From positions 17,253 through 81,252 of IMG/VR virus record IMGVR_UViG_2869891414_000007: 64,000 nt of DNA, one strand, 5' to 3'. The DNA comes from a virus (Duplodnaviria; Caudoviricetes). The notes below the pieces were generated by a model that saw only the letters and a list, made by a program, of their open reading frames with translations, was not told the origin of the DNA and did no database searches. The translations under genes and the position numbers were made by a program. Positions 38,374-48,806 of this stretch are shown here, piece by piece (the first letter of the stretch is position 1; every line of letters starts with the position of its first letter).

Positions 38374-38865
38374 TTAAATCTTGTAAGAGATTTCAGTGTT
38401 ACCAGCGGCATCACCGGCACCGGTGAAATAAGCGTTAGGCAGCACCACGGTAGTGTCAGCAATCGCAGTGGCCAGCACCGAACCTAGCGGGCTATCGTCA
38501 GTAGCACCGGCAATACGGATATAGACCGGCGCACCTTTAGTCACACCCGCTGCCGTAGCCCCAATATTGACCGACAGGTAACCGCGCTTTAGCGCATCAC
38601 CGGCAAAGTTGTTGCTGGTACCAATTTGGCGCACTTTGTCTGGCGTTGATGTGGTGGGGAATGGTCGGACAAAGATACCGACGATTTTGTCTGCGGTATC
38701 ATCTTCTTCCAACGGTACAAAGAAATTGCCGCTGAACTTTCCGGCCAGACCGTATTGGCTAAATGGGTTGGCCGTATTAATCAGTACCGGCTCAATAGTC
38801 AGATCCTGCGGGCGCGAGACGGCCCCGGCAATGCCCGCAGGCATCCGGAATAAATATGCTGTCAT
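38374..38865 (-). CDS. head decoration/cement protein
   Basis: RMPAGIAG, GIFVRPFP, LKRGY; between scaffold and capsid. Confidence 0.78.
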   Translation of the reverse strand: MTAYLFRMPAGIAGAVSRPQDLTIEPVLINTANPFSQYGLAGKFSGNFFVPLEEDDTADKIVGIFVRPFPTTSTPDKVRQIGTSNNFAGDALKRGYLSVNIGATAAGVTKGAPVYIRIAGATDDSPLGSVLATAIADTTVVLPNAYFTGAGDAAGNTEISYKI

Positions 38866-38868
38866 GAA

Positions 38869-40095
38869 TTAGTTTCCTTTTTTAGCCCAGAACGCGGCGT
38901 TCTGTTTATTGAGGTCGGCGGCGGTAGGTCGGCGATTTGGAATAGCAGAATCGATAGTTCGGCGGTTCAACTGAAGGTTATTGCGGCCCTTGGCAATCTC
39001 GCTGGCGGCAATGAATGCCGCATCAAGGGAGAGTTTCGGCATCTTGGCAAAGTCTGGTTTGTCGCCAACAATGCCTTTCAGCAATTTCTCGCCCTCGGTG
39101 GTTTTAAACGCCGCATCCAATACAGTTCGTTTAAAGGATGCCAGCTTTCCACCCTCTGGCAATTTAATGCCCGGTACAATCCATTCCGCGCGGGAAACAA
39201 CATCCTGATGATAAGCCGCATCGCTGGTAATACGTCGCCCCTCTTCCTCCTCATCGGGATCGGCGTCCGTAGTGGAACCCAATTTCTCCAGAATCGCGGC
39301 TAAGGTCGTCTCCATTGCAGCAACTCGGGTTTCGATGTCACCACTATCATTAGTGGCGATGGCATCTAATTCAGGTTCCTGTTTCGGTAACGGCTGTTGC
39401 GGGTTAATGGTGATATTGATGGCCTTTGGCAATTCGCCAGCACCCTCATCACTGGTTAACTCTGATGGAACGCTTTCCATTGCTTCCTCCATCGCGGCGG
39501 CATCTTTGGTTTTGATTGCTCGGCGTAGCTTTGCGAGCCAAGTGTTATTGGTTGTCATACGTTTACTATCTCCAATTGAACAGCGTTTCCCTGCGCGGCC
39601 CGTGGGAACGAGAGCGACATGGTTAGCTATGATGTCGTACTGACGGGCTTTGCCTCTGGCGGTCTGCTGATATTCGGCATCGTAGCCAGCCGAAATTTGA
39701 TCAACACCATCTTCAAGAATCACCTTTATGGCTTCGGCTTTCTTCACCACGATGTCGGCGATCATGAGATCTGATTGGTCACCTGTACCCCGCCTGACGT
39801 TTTGAATGTGTCCAGCGGCGTAGCGGCCCCAGTTATCAGGTGTGACATCTTCGATGGGGTGAGATACGGTGAACGTCATTCCCTCAAAGCTGGCGAGCGT
39901 CTCGGGGCGGAAAACATCCTCCTCAGACCTTTCAACGAGAATTTCTCCGTCACTGTCGGGTTCGATATCGTCCAGCTCTTCACCGCCATAAAGCTGTACT
40001 CCGGTTCGGCCTATTGGCACGTCTTTGCACAATAGCCCACCATCGCTCATGGTGAAGCGCGTCTCCCCTAGACGGGAGTTATAGAAATATTGCAT
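38869..40095 (-). CDS. prohead protease/scaffold (DUF2213-like)
   Basis: VPIGRTG, SAGYDAEY, NHVALV..GRAG..C.IGD. Confidence 0.87.
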   Translation of the reverse strand: MQYFYNSRLGETRFTMSDGGLLCKDVPIGRTGVQLYGGEELDDIEPDSDGEILVERSEEDVFRPETLASFEGMTFTVSHPIEDVTPDNWGRYAAGHIQNVRRGTGDQSDLMIADIVVKKAEAIKVILEDGVDQISAGYDAEYQQTARGKARQYDIIANHVALVPTGRAGKRCSIGDSKRMTTNNTWLAKLRRAIKTKDAAAMEEAMESVPSELTSDEGAGELPKAINITINPQQPLPKQEPELDAIATNDSGDIETRVAAMETTLAAILEKLGSTTDADPDEEEEGRRITSDAAYHQDVVSRAEWIVPGIKLPEGGKLASFKRTVLDAAFKTTEGEKLLKGIVGDKPDFAKMPKLSLDAAFIAASEIAKGRNNLQLNRRTIDSAIPNRRPTAADLNKQNAAFWAKKGN

Positions 40096-40098
40096 GGG

Positions 40099-40863
40099 TT
40101 ATCTTTCCGGAATGATGACTTCGCAGTAACAACGACAGTTAGGTAATGCGCCCGCATGCCCCGTCATGCCGTCAAGAGTTGGTGGGTTATCCCAGCGAAC
40201 AAACTTACCCTCCATTTTCTGATGCGAGTGGCGAACATCACTATCTTCGGCTGTGCGCCAGATGTAACCACTGGAACCGATAGAAAGCGAACGGGCCTGA
40301 GTGAGTGCCGTAGATGCCCGTCCTATTTCTGTACGGGCGATCATATTGGCGCGGGATATTGCCACATCGCCGGATTTGGCTATTTCCTTAGCGAATGGCC
40401 CGGCACGTCCGCCAGTGATGACCGCCTCTATCGCCTGATTATGGATATCCTGCACCCGGTCAGCGGCCTGTAAGGGCAGTGACTTGATGAGTTTTACCTG
40501 ATCTTCAACGATACTGCGGGCCACTTGTCCCACGGCGGTGTTTTCCACTATCTGGCGCAAACCCACGGATATTTCCTGCGAATTGCTGCGCCACATCGCG
40601 ACATCTTTTGCGTTAACGGCATCAAACATCTTGCTGGCGGTGGTTCTGGCCCAGCCGTCAATCAAATCTGAATAACGGTTAAGACTATCCATAACGTTGT
40701 AAACGGAATCGTTAGAACCATCGTAAGTACCATTTACGATGTCGCCGACCATTCGCGCTATCTTGCGTAGCTGAGTTTGATATTGGATCTCCGCGCGGCG
40801 CGACTTCAGGCGGGTTGAGATCTGCGTTTTCGCCGAGGTTCGGCGGGTCGATGTCTTTCGCAC
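40099..40863 (-). CDS. head morphogenesis protein (SPP1 gp7/Mu F-like)
   Basis: IARTE, YIWRT.ED..VR.SH, NCRC. Confidence 0.88.
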   Translation of the reverse strand: MRKTSTRRTSAKTQISTRLKSRRAEIQYQTQLRKIARMVGDIVNGTYDGSNDSVYNVMDSLNRYSDLIDGWARTTASKMFDAVNAKDVAMWRSNSQEISVGLRQIVENTAVGQVARSIVEDQVKLIKSLPLQAADRVQDIHNQAIEAVITGGRAGPFAKEIAKSGDVAISRANMIARTEIGRASTALTQARSLSIGSSGYIWRTAEDSDVRHSHQKMEGKFVRWDNPPTLDGMTGHAGALPNCRCYCEVIIPER

Positions 40864-42184
40864 TCTCTATATCCTCATCGCTGATGCTAGAGCCGATACC
40901 GGTGATACCTGCTTTGTCCCTGAGTTCAGTCATGCCACCCTGTAACGTCAGCAAACCTGAGTCCATTGCGGCGTTGATGGTATTAACGGTTTTCTCTGCC
41001 ACCGTTGCCCGGTCAGGTTCCGACATTTGCCACAGCGGGTTGAAGTCAAAGGAGAAGCCGTCGGGCAGTGGCGAACTAAACTCGGAATAGTGGATCACTT
41101 CGAATAATCGACGCAGTGGACGACGTAAACGGCGCTCTTGTTGAGTACCGATATTGTCGTAGTAGTTAGCCAGGTCAGCATCACCGGTTGAGAACCCCGC
41201 AGGGGACTGACCAAACAAACGCACCAACGGGATACCAATGGCACCGGCTATCTGTTGAGCAAACTGCGCCATCACATCAGACAGACCGCCGAATGCGTAA
41301 CTGTGGGTTTCAAACGTATCGGTAGCATCCATCAGTGTAAGACCTTCAGTGCTTTGAAATTGCCGGATCATATCCATGCTTTTCATTAGCCCATCAAATG
41401 CCTTGCCCCCCATTGCGACCAGCTCACGAAATTTATTGATTTTGTAGGTGCGTAAGTGCGCCTTAAAAATCAACTGAGCCGCGCCAGTCGAGGTGCTATC
41501 GAATGCTAGCAACCTGTCAAACAGCCGCTCTATAACCGACATGCCCCATTCATTTTCTGTGCGTTTCTGCTGGTACGGCAGACCCACGCCATCAAGGCGA
41601 ATTACTCTGCTGTGGTGTATCTTCATACTCGGAATACCGCTGCCAGTCGTGACGACCTGATAATATTTAGGCATGCCGAGATCTGGCCCCATCTCTGTCA
41701 CTCTATCGCTAATGGATGGGGTAACCATCCATCGATCGAGCACCAGCAAACCTTTAAACGCATCTTTACCAATGGTCTCTACCCGTAGTGGTGTTTCAGG
41801 CGCTTGACCGTCGATCATGATGAAGCCAATTGCACCACCGTACAGTCGCGACCATTTGATCGTGTCATTGATAGCATCCCAGAGTGATAATTCCTCCCAG
41901 CGCCCCTCTATCCGCATCTTGGCATCGGGTGCCATCTTAGAGGTTATGTTAATCCCCTTGCGGGTCATATCATCCGCGATGGTATCTACCGCTGCGCCCA
42001 CCAGCCACGACGACCGGTAAGCGTTTTCTATCAGTTGGCGGTTGCGGGATGTCCAGTTCGGTTGGTAGCTATAATCCGCGCTTTGGTTCTCGGTGCGCAG
42101 CCCATAGCGAGCGGTGAGGTTTTGATAGGTATCGGTGGTTCTCTGCGGTGATGACGCCTTACCTGTTTTACGTTTTCTCGACAT
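40712..42184 (-). CDS. portal protein (DUF1073-like)
   Basis: ADDMTRKG, WSRLYGG, IPLVRLFGQSP.GF.TG..D..NYYD. Confidence 0.88.
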   Translation of the reverse strand: MSRKRKTGKASSPQRTTDTYQNLTARYGLRTENQSADYSYQPNWTSRNRQLIENAYRSSWLVGAAVDTIADDMTRKGINITSKMAPDAKMRIEGRWEELSLWDAINDTIKWSRLYGGAIGFIMIDGQAPETPLRVETIGKDAFKGLLVLDRWMVTPSISDRVTEMGPDLGMPKYYQVVTTGSGIPSMKIHHSRVIRLDGVGLPYQQKRTENEWGMSVIERLFDRLLAFDSTSTGAAQLIFKAHLRTYKINKFRELVAMGGKAFDGLMKSMDMIRQFQSTEGLTLMDATDTFETHSYAFGGLSDVMAQFAQQIAGAIGIPLVRLFGQSPAGFSTGDADLANYYDNIGTQQERRLRRPLRRLFEVIHYSEFSSPLPDGFSFDFNPLWQMSEPDRATVAEKTVNTINAAMDSGLLTLQGGMTELRDKAGITGIGSSISDEDIESAKDIDPPNLGENADLNPPEVAPRGDPISNSATQDSANGRRHRKWYLRWF

Positions 42185-43800
42185 TACGCCCCCCCGAGCC
42201 GTAGCCAGATATCCAGCGCGTTATCCATTGGTGCATATAAAATCATTGCTGAATCCGCCAGGTTAGGTGACTTGGTGCCGTCAGGTTTTTTATCCACCAC
42301 AATTTTCCCTACGCCATTAACTGAGTAGGTAGGTTGCGATAATTCAGAGGTTAATTTGGTCAGATTTTTGAGGTCTTTCGGGATGGAAATAATCTCATCG
42401 GGATCGAACTCCATATTTTCTTTAACTGCCCGATAAGTTTTCTGGAACCGGGTGCGCAGACTCCACCAACCTTGTGCTTTGGCGTTAGCAAAGAAATCTT
42501 TGTTAAGCCGCCCTTGCTGTCCGTTATCGCCGGGGACCGCCTCATCATCTGGGTCGGTTACGCCACCGCTACCACGGAACGGCGTGGCGACGATATGCCG
42601 TCTGCGCTGTTCTTCTCGTTGTTCATTGATAACCCGAGCATCACCGCGTGCACCAGCTCCCAATCCATCGGTATCAAAGCGGAAAGTTTCGAGGTTTTGT
42701 GCATCACAAATATCAAAGGCTTTCTGTACGGTACCGAAAATATCATCACCTTTGCCTGACCACTCTTCGATGCTTTCGAGTAAGAAGCCATGACGACCAG
42801 CAAAGGCGTTGGTGTCCTTACCTTCGTCGGCGATATCGAGAGCACCTAAGCGCTGGCCGGTTGGTACAATACCCAATACCTCATGTGCGTTGATTGCCGC
42901 CTGCACCCATGCGGACGGGATCAAGACACCCTCAACTGACGCGCTATAGTTGATATCGATTTCTTGCGCCACCGTTACCGGATCAAGCTCTTCAACTTGT
43001 TTAGCGTACCAAGCGTCGTCTTTGCGCGGGTCGTCGCGCCAATGGAACGTAAACACATCTACCTTGCCGCTGTGTCGGCGCTCGGCAAAGGAATTCGCCA
43101 TACCATTAGGTGTCGAGATGTCTTGACGGCAGTTTGTCGTTGCTGAAAGTGAAGCATCAACCAGGTACGGTCGTTCCAAGTGGGAAGATTCATCGACGAT
43201 GTAGAATGATGTTCGGTCACCGCGCCCTATACCGTCCCCCGCTTCCCCTGTCATTGCCGACTCAGTTTCAGGGAACAGGATTCTCATGTGTGGAGCATGA
43301 GCCTTCGGATTCCAGCCGCCTCTAAACTCAAAAGGAAGTAACCCTACAAAGTTTCGTGCTTTATCAAATAAGGATTTCGGCGATCCGATCTTGTCTACGT
43401 ATTCTTCTTTACGTGAACCGAATCCCGCAATTATCCCTTTATTGAAAAGACACAATGATGCAGCCATTCCCACAGTCAGCCACGACATTCCCATATCGCG
43501 GGTTTTTTCAGTAATGCCGGGCCTCGATGTGCGCCAATGTTCTGTAAACCACTCGATCCACTCTTCCTGCTTTGGGAATAAGAGGAACGGGATACGGGCA
43601 GGCAATCCACGCTCAACGTTGCGTGGGTCAACTGTCATACCCCAATCAATGATGAACTGAGCCGGGTTATCTTTGTAGAACGCTTTCATAACCGGCAGTA
43701 ATTCAGGCTGCTGACGAATGCGCTGCAGTCGCTCCATTCGCCACTCAAAAACCTGCATGTAATCCGGGTTCTTAAAGTCAAAAGGGAACGGAATAGGCAT
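42184..43800 (-). CDS. terminase large subunit
   Basis: EKTRDMG Walker-A-like, YIVDES Walker [10 protein letters not shown] and SPNLADS nuclease motifs. Confidence 0.93.
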   Translation of the reverse strand: MPIPFPFDFKNPDYMQVFEWRMERLQRIRQQPELLPVMKAFYKDNPAQFIIDWGMTVDPRNVERGLPARIPFLLFPKQEEWIEWFTEHWRTSRPGITEKTRDMGMSWLTVGMAASLCLFNKGIIAGFGSRKEEYVDKIGSPKSLFDKARNFVGLLPFEFRGGWNPKAHAPHMRILFPETESAMTGEAGDGIGRGDRTSFYIVDESSHLERPYLVDASLSATTNCRQDISTPNGMANSFAERRHSGKVDVFTFHWRDDPRKDDAWYAKQVEELDPVTVAQEIDINYSASVEGVLIPSAWVQAAINAHEVLGIVPTGQRLGALDIADEGKDTNAFAGRHGFLLESIEEWSGKGDDIFGTVQKAFDICDAQNLETFRFDTDGLGAGARGDARVINEQREEQRRRHIVATPFRGSGGVTDPDDEAVPGDNGQQGRLNKDFFANAKAQGWWSLRTRFQKTYRAVKENMEFDPDEIISIPKDLKNLTKLTSELSQPTYSVNGVGKIVVDKKPDGTKSPNLADSAMILYAPMDNALDIWLRLGGA

Positions 43801-44028
43801 TTGGGTTTTACTCGATAAATGAGTGAATTTTAGGACTTTTTAACATAATGGACGTTACCCGCACCGAGCGCATAGCACTCACCGAACAAGCAGCATGAGA
43901 GGCTTATTTATCAGGGTTAACGTGTCAGAGTGTTAGATAATTGAGTGCATAAAGCATGCATAAAACACCCTCTATTTTGCATAGAGGATTTATCAATCTA
44001 ACGGGCTATTTCTGGATGTTTACTATAA

Positions 44029-45051
44029 TCAGCCCATAAGTTTACGATACGCCTCGGCGGCTTCGTCTGGTGTCATATTCACCGTCTCAGTTTTAACCGG
44101 GCCACCATCAGGGCCACTAATTTCTGTTTTGTTTCTCAGCATACCTAAATGTTGGGCAACCATCTTTAAAGCCTCATCCTGATTGCGGGTAATGGCCTCA
44201 ATACCAAATTTACCCTCTTTCACTCCAGAGAACAGGCGACGAGCTGCACCGCGCAGATCCCGAGTATCGTGAAAGTGAGTGCGCCCAACACCCTCACCAT
44301 TACAACGCGGGCAGTCAGGGTTAGGATCTAACGTGGCATCAAAACCGTAGCCGCCAACGTCTAAAGGCTCCCGTTTTTTGCTTTCTACCGCTTTTAGCCG
44401 GGCCTCGTCAAACTCGACAGCATCGCGCCACTGGTACTGGTAACCAAACCCCCAGCAATGGCGGCAACACAAACGGCGTAGCTCAGTAATTTGGCTAGCA
44501 TCGGCTGTGGCAATATCCCACCACCATTTCAATACGGCATCTTGAGTGATTCGGGTTCGTCGTTCTCTGGCATCTAAAGCATCGCGAATGGCCCGGCTAA
44601 CCTTAGCATTCCTGTACATGCGTGAAGCGTTAACGTAAGCCGTATTGCCCTCTCCTTTGCCGCCAGACCTTTTATATGCCGCCGTGCTATTCAAGTCGAT
44701 CAGGTATTCACTCACGAAACGAGCCTGCATATCATTAAGCCCGTACTCGTCAGGGTTTAATATGAATTCTGGTTCGTCACTTCCATTTGCCAGGTATTCT
44801 GAATCAATCTCTCTTTCAACGTGAACCGCTGGTTTTCTATATTTGGTTCGCGACTTCTTGTTTTGGTTCGCACTAATGGTCTGCGAACCTACATTATTGC
44901 GAACCTGTTCGTGTTTAGGCCACTCCTCAGCCTTTGCCCTCTTTCTTACCGCTGTATCACTTACACCGTATTTCTTGGCAAGCTCCCTGATGGAAAGAGC
45001 GCCGGAACGGTAGTCACGCTCTATGCCTCTCCAGTCAGTGTCTTTTGCCAT
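44029..45051 (-). CDS. terminase small subunit with HTH and Cys-rich insert
   Basis: IRELAKKYGVSDTAVRKRA, RFVSEYLIDLN.T.AY, CRHC...CPRC. Confidence 0.85.
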   Translation of the reverse strand: MAKDTDWRGIERDYRSGALSIRELAKKYGVSDTAVRKRAKAEEWPKHEQVRNNVGSQTISANQNKKSRTKYRKPAVHVEREIDSEYLANGSDEPEFILNPDEYGLNDMQARFVSEYLIDLNSTAAYKRSGGKGEGNTAYVNASRMYRNAKVSRAIRDALDARERRTRITQDAVLKWWWDIATADASQITELRRLCCRHCWGFGYQYQWRDAVEFDEARLKAVESKKREPLDVGGYGFDATLDPNPDCPRCNGEGVGRTHFHDTRDLRGAARRLFSGVKEGKFGIEAITRNQDEALKMVAQHLGMLRNKTEISGPDGGPVKTETVNMTPDEAAEAYRKLMG

Positions 45052-45209
45052 GATGTTCCCTTAGTGTCATTACGCAGTAACCTTGTTAGGTTGCTCTGTG
45101 ATGATATTTAAGTACTCATATACTAATTGAGAGGCTGACTATAAATCGCTCTGGTGAATTATCTATTTCTATATATATTGGTATTACTTAACTTTTAGCA
45201 GAGATAAAC

Positions 45210-45557
45210 ATGGGACTGATAATTAAAGATTGCTTCATTTCAGAATGTAACAAAGGGGTAGTTGCACCTGACAGTTTAGATATAAACATCTCTGGTACAG
45301 TGTTTGAAAAAACAGGTATAGCTATCGATATTTATCCAAGTAACCAAGAGTTACTCCAAGTTGGCCTGCCAGAAAACACACCTAAAGAACTCCTTGCTGA
45401 AGCTGTTGAAACCCTTAAAAAGTTACAATCAAGTACTATGGAAGAAAAGCAAGCTGCAATAAGTAAATCGAAACTATTTGGTTGGCTCAATAATGGAGCT
45501 TCCATAGCGACCGTTACTACGGCAGTTATGGAAATGATTAAATTTTTTAGCCAGTAA
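45210..45557 (+). CDS. hypothetical protein (antisense moron between lysis and terminase)
   Basis: 115-aa AT-rich ORF with agagat RBS-like sequence; hairpin downstream; no recognised family. Confidence 0.7.
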   Translation: MGLIIKDCFISECNKGVVAPDSLDINISGTVFEKTGIAIDIYPSNQELLQVGLPENTPKELLAEAVETLKKLQSSTMEEKQAAISKSKLFGWLNNGASIATVTTAVMEMIKFFSQ

Positions 45558-45591
45558 CCGATGTTATGGGGGAATTACTCCCCCTCTCTTT

Positions 45592-45852
45592 TTAATAATA
45601 TTTTATTAAGTTTTGCCGCCAGCCAATAACCTCATCAAGCCGACCTTTGCAGATTCGCAGTTCCCGCTTTAATTCCATCGCATACAATCCGCCATCCCCC
45701 CACGTAATACCGGTAAATTCTGGAACTTCACAGGGGATAAGTGCTGACTCAGGCGGCAACAATAGGGCGGGTTCGGTAATGGGCGGTTTAATGGGCTTAT
45801 TCACGCATGACGCTAATGACATCACCAGGCATAGGCTTGATAGAACAATCAT
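45592..45852 (-). CDS. o-spanin (Rz1-like lipoprotein)
   Basis: Lipobox LASC, Pro-rich, overlaps Rz. Confidence 0.82.
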   Translation of the reverse strand: MIVLSSLCLVMSLASCVNKPIKPPITEPALLLPPESALIPCEVPEFTGITWGDGGLYAMELKRELRICKGRLDEVIGWRQNLIKYY

Positions 45853-46129
45853 CACTCGCCGCTGCTGCTTTAAACCGTGCAACCTGTAATTCACTGGCAT
45901 TGCGTAACTTCCTCTCGTTTTCTAGCTGGCGGGCTGTGGCGGCACGGTTGGCGGCATCATTCACCTGATAGGCATCGATGATGTTACCGAGGGCTGTATT
46001 TGTGGCTTGCTCGACCACCAGCTCCGCTTCTGTTTTTTCGACCTGATTTGCGAGGCGGTAACTGTTAAAAAACAGCGCTGACACAATCACCACCAGCGCA
46101 GCAATGACGATCCCCATGGCTTTATTCAT
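45797..46129 (-). CDS. i-spanin (Rz-like)
   Basis: N-terminal TM, coiled coil, DDCSIKPMP. Confidence 0.82.
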   Translation of the reverse strand: MNKAMGIVIAALVVIVSALFFNSYRLANQVEKTEAELVVEQATNTALGNIIDAYQVNDAANRAATARQLENERKLRNASELQVARFKAAAASDDCSIKPMPGDVISVMRE

Positions 46130-46655
46130 CCAGCCCCCAGCAGGTCAGTTCGCTTTCCTGTGCGCGGCGTTCTATCTGCCCGTAACAGTTATTTGAGCGA
46201 ATATTGCAATCCTTGCCGCCGTCGTGAACCCAGCGTTTGATCTCAGCGCAAGCACCTTTGCGATCACCTGCATTGAGTTTTTTATAGAACGTGGCGGTGA
46301 AACATTTACTCGGGCCGATGTTATAGGGGCAAAATGACGCGATGCCGGCAATCTGTGGTTCCGTCAGCGGGACGCGGACATTTTTCTTCACCCAACTTAT
46401 GGCCTTGTCAGCCTCTAGCTGATTCACCGCAGCACACTTCTCCGCTGACAGCTTCATCCCTTTCACTACCGGTTTGCCATCAACCATTGTGGCGCCACGG
46501 CAGATAGTCCAAAGCCCCTTACCATCGGGATAAGCTGAAAGCCGGTTACCCTCTTTCTCATCCAGAAATTGACTGAGAATAATTGATGCTGGCGCACCTG
46601 CTAAAACCAAGCCAAGAACCGCAGCGCTGAGTTTGCTTTTTGTCGAGGCCATCAC
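46122..46655 (-). CDS. SAR endolysin (lysozyme)
   Basis: Gly/Ala-rich SAR helix, EG.RLSAY.DG.G.WTIC.G catalytic motif, FCPYNIG. Confidence 0.92.
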   Translation of the reverse strand: MMASTKSKLSAAVLGLVLAGAPASIILSQFLDEKEGNRLSAYPDGKGLWTICRGATMVDGKPVVKGMKLSAEKCAAVNQLEADKAISWVKKNVRVPLTEPQIAGIASFCPYNIGPSKCFTATFYKKLNAGDRKGACAEIKRWVHDGGKDCNIRSNNCYGQIERRAQESELTCWGLDE

Positions 46656-46867
46656 TCACCATCCGGTTTATAGCCATGGCGACGATCCCAAATCTTCACA
46701 CCTGCATTGAGTAAAAAAGTTAGCGCCATAAAAAATAGCGAACCCAGCACACCAATCACCGTCCACTCATCAGGGGTGAATCCGGCGATCAGCTCTTTAA
46801 CCCAAAAAATAAAACTACCACCCGATACCAGGTAGGAAGCATTGGACGCAATATTGCTCATTTTCAT
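46652..46867 (-). CDS. holin (pinholin-like) with Met-Lys-Met dual start
   Basis: MKMSNIAS start, TPDEW..IG, hydrophobic helices, precedes SAR endolysin. Confidence 0.85.
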   Translation of the reverse strand: MKMSNIASNASYLVSGGSFIFWVKELIAGFTPDEWTVIGVLGSLFFMALTFLLNAGVKIWDRRHGYKPDGE

Positions 46868-46932
46868 GGTCTCCCCCTCCCGGACGGGTTGGGCGTGATT
46901 GGTTCAAATATAAAAGCCACCATCCGGCAGCT

Positions 46933-47661
46933 CTATTTGTCCCCTCCCGGTTTTGGATATGGGAGAGGTTTAAACAGCTTCGTGTTGAGCCGCTTTCTGG
47001 CCCGCTTATTAAGAAACTTGATATAGCGGAACTGGGTAAATTTATGTGCGGTAGCCCGGTGAAAATTGGCCTGCAGATGCAAACCGCGCGCCCCTGCCTT
47101 GCTAGCCTTAGTGGTTAAAGCAATCTTGTGGTACCACTCGCCATCTAACTCATAAAACGTGCTTTGATGGCTACCCACATAATCAAAATTACTGGCCTGA
47201 TACACCACGCCGAAGCGACCGCACCGCTCATCAGCAAATGTCTGCACCCACTCAACGCTGGGGTGAAGTAATTTGATGGTTTTGAGCGCATAGCTGATCG
47301 CCCGTGATTCGGTATTGGTCAGCATATCGTCATGCACCCACAGGCGGTTCAATTCCATATATTGCCGGTTGCCGGTTCCCTCAACCACTCGCCCGCCACT
47401 ACTGGGGTTCATTGCATAGCCCCATTGCATAACGCCAACCAGATCGCGCCCGGAGAAGATCCCCAGATGCAAATATGAGTTGTTCACTATGCGTTTGCTG
47501 TAATGGAAGTGGATGATAACCAGACGGGCCAACCAGACGGGGATTGTAGCGACATGCAGATCTGAACATCCGTACCCCACGGTTACACCGTCATAAACTA
47601 CCGGTTCAGGCTTACCCACGGCGCGGGATGCATTTTTGTAACTTAATTTTTTCATGGTCAT
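46933..47661 (-). CDS. mom: Mu Mom-like DNA adenine-modifying GNAT protein
   Basis: [61 protein letters not shown] closely match Mu Mom. Confidence 0.93.
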   Translation of the reverse strand: MTMKKLSYKNASRAVGKPEPVVYDGVTVGYGCSDLHVATIPVWLARLVIIHFHYSKRIVNNSYLHLGIFSGRDLVGVMQWGYAMNPSSGGRVVEGTGNRQYMELNRLWVHDDMLTNTESRAISYALKTIKLLHPSVEWVQTFADERCGRFGVVYQASNFDYVGSHQSTFYELDGEWYHKIALTTKASKAGARGLHLQANFHRATAHKFTQFRYIKFLNKRARKRLNTKLFKPLPYPKPGGDK

Positions 47662-47855
47662 ATATACAGTATTCCGTTAGGATACCACCGCTGACGTTAG
47701 CAGGGTGGGCCTGGGTTATACTCATGACCGGAAACATGGGTGTAATGGCCCTGATATGCTGATACATATCGGGGTCGCCCATTTCTAACGAGTGCTAAAA
47801 AGATAGCCGCTTGACTCAAAAGGTCGGGCGGTTTTTTGTTGGGGGGCAGAAATAG

Positions 47856-47880
47856 AAAAACCCGCACAGATGGCGGGTTT
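47856..47880 (-). terminator. tR'-like terminator downstream of Q
   Basis: cccgcc-atctgt-gcggg followed by T5 on the minus strand. Confidence 0.7.
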
Positions 47881-47944
47881 CTTTTGATTTCGTCGCTTGC
47901 GTGTATAGCTCCGCGAGCTTATGTCTAAATCATATATTTTTTGT

Positions 47945-48517
47945 TCAAATAGTCAAAGTTTTTTTCTCAAATCTTTTCATATCTTTATCAAAGGCATCGC
48001 TCATAGGGCGATAAAGCATATATTCGGCAGTGTTAATCCAGACATCAATACGGCGGCGGCAGGTTGAAATGGAAAGCTCCGGGTGTGCCTCCTGCATTTC
48101 CTCCGCCATCGTGTAACGTTTCTTTTTATAAATGTAATGCTGCTGCAGTATCCCAATTAACCCAGGGGTCGATTGTAGAACCAGGCCAACAACCGAATCC
48201 ATTAATAGCCCCTCATCATCCGTACAATAGATTAGATTACTGTGGGCCTTGGGGTTGTTAAGGTCGCCAAATATCTCGAATAATTCCTCTTTTGATAAGC
48301 CTGATTTTCTCAGTTGGCTAATAGCTGCTTTTAATGCGGCTTTAGTTATTTGTTGTTTAGCCAATAATCGGGAGAATACCCCCTGAGCGCCGCCTGTTTT
48401 GGCTATACGTGACCAGCGTCCCCACATTTTCAGCTTACCCTTAAGCCAAATAAGCTCTAACGTATTGAGGTGTAATTCGTTGCCGTCTGCCCTACCGCAC
48501 GTTGTCGGATAAATCAT
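47945..48517 (-). CDS. late antiterminator Q-like protein (DUF1133-like)
   Basis: LKMWGRWS, C-terminal HTH-like region (TCRRRIDVW); sits just before late promoter and lysis genes. Confidence 0.7.
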   Translation of the reverse strand: MIYPTTCGRADGNELHLNTLELIWLKGKLKMWGRWSRIAKTGGAQGVFSRLLAKQQITKAALKAAISQLRKSGLSKEELFEIFGDLNNPKAHSNLIYCTDDEGLLMDSVVGLVLQSTPGLIGILQQHYIYKKKRYTMAEEMQEAHPELSISTCRRRIDVWINTAEYMLYRPMSDAFDKDMKRFEKKTLTI

Positions 48518-48798
48518 AATTTCCCCTCCTTTCTCAATATATTCTGTGTGCGCATAACGCCCTCGGCGTGATATAGCCGTGCCGTGTCACCATCAATTAA
48601 ACGTGAGCGCCGGTCGCATTCGTCATGACATGCGCTACATCCCCATGCGGCCTGTTCATCAGAGGGTTTAATTCCGGTACCGCAGGTTCCTGCCAGCCGG
48701 TAATGGGTGAGTACCACCGTTTCAGGATTGCCATTGCACACACCCGGAATACGGATCTGGCACTCGCGGCCCCTTGCCTCTTTGCGTAAATTAGCCAT
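48514..48798 (-). CDS. DUF1364/YbcO-like protein
   Basis: LRKEARGRECQIRIPGVC, CSACHD. Confidence 0.85.
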   Translation of the reverse strand: MANLRKEARGRECQIRIPGVCNGNPETVVLTHYRLAGTCGTGIKPSDEQAAWGCSACHDECDRRSRLIDGDTARLYHAEGVMRTQNILRKEGKL

Positions 48799-48806
48799 GA
48801 CACCCC

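Noticed and set aside
40712-42184. Anti-CBASS (Acb1) label sometimes attached to DUF1073 proteins
   Set aside because: Size, motifs and position after terL indicate a portal protein
47615-47785. 56-aa ORF upstream of mom as a com equivalent
   Set aside because: No CxxC zinc-finger pattern and no clear RBS
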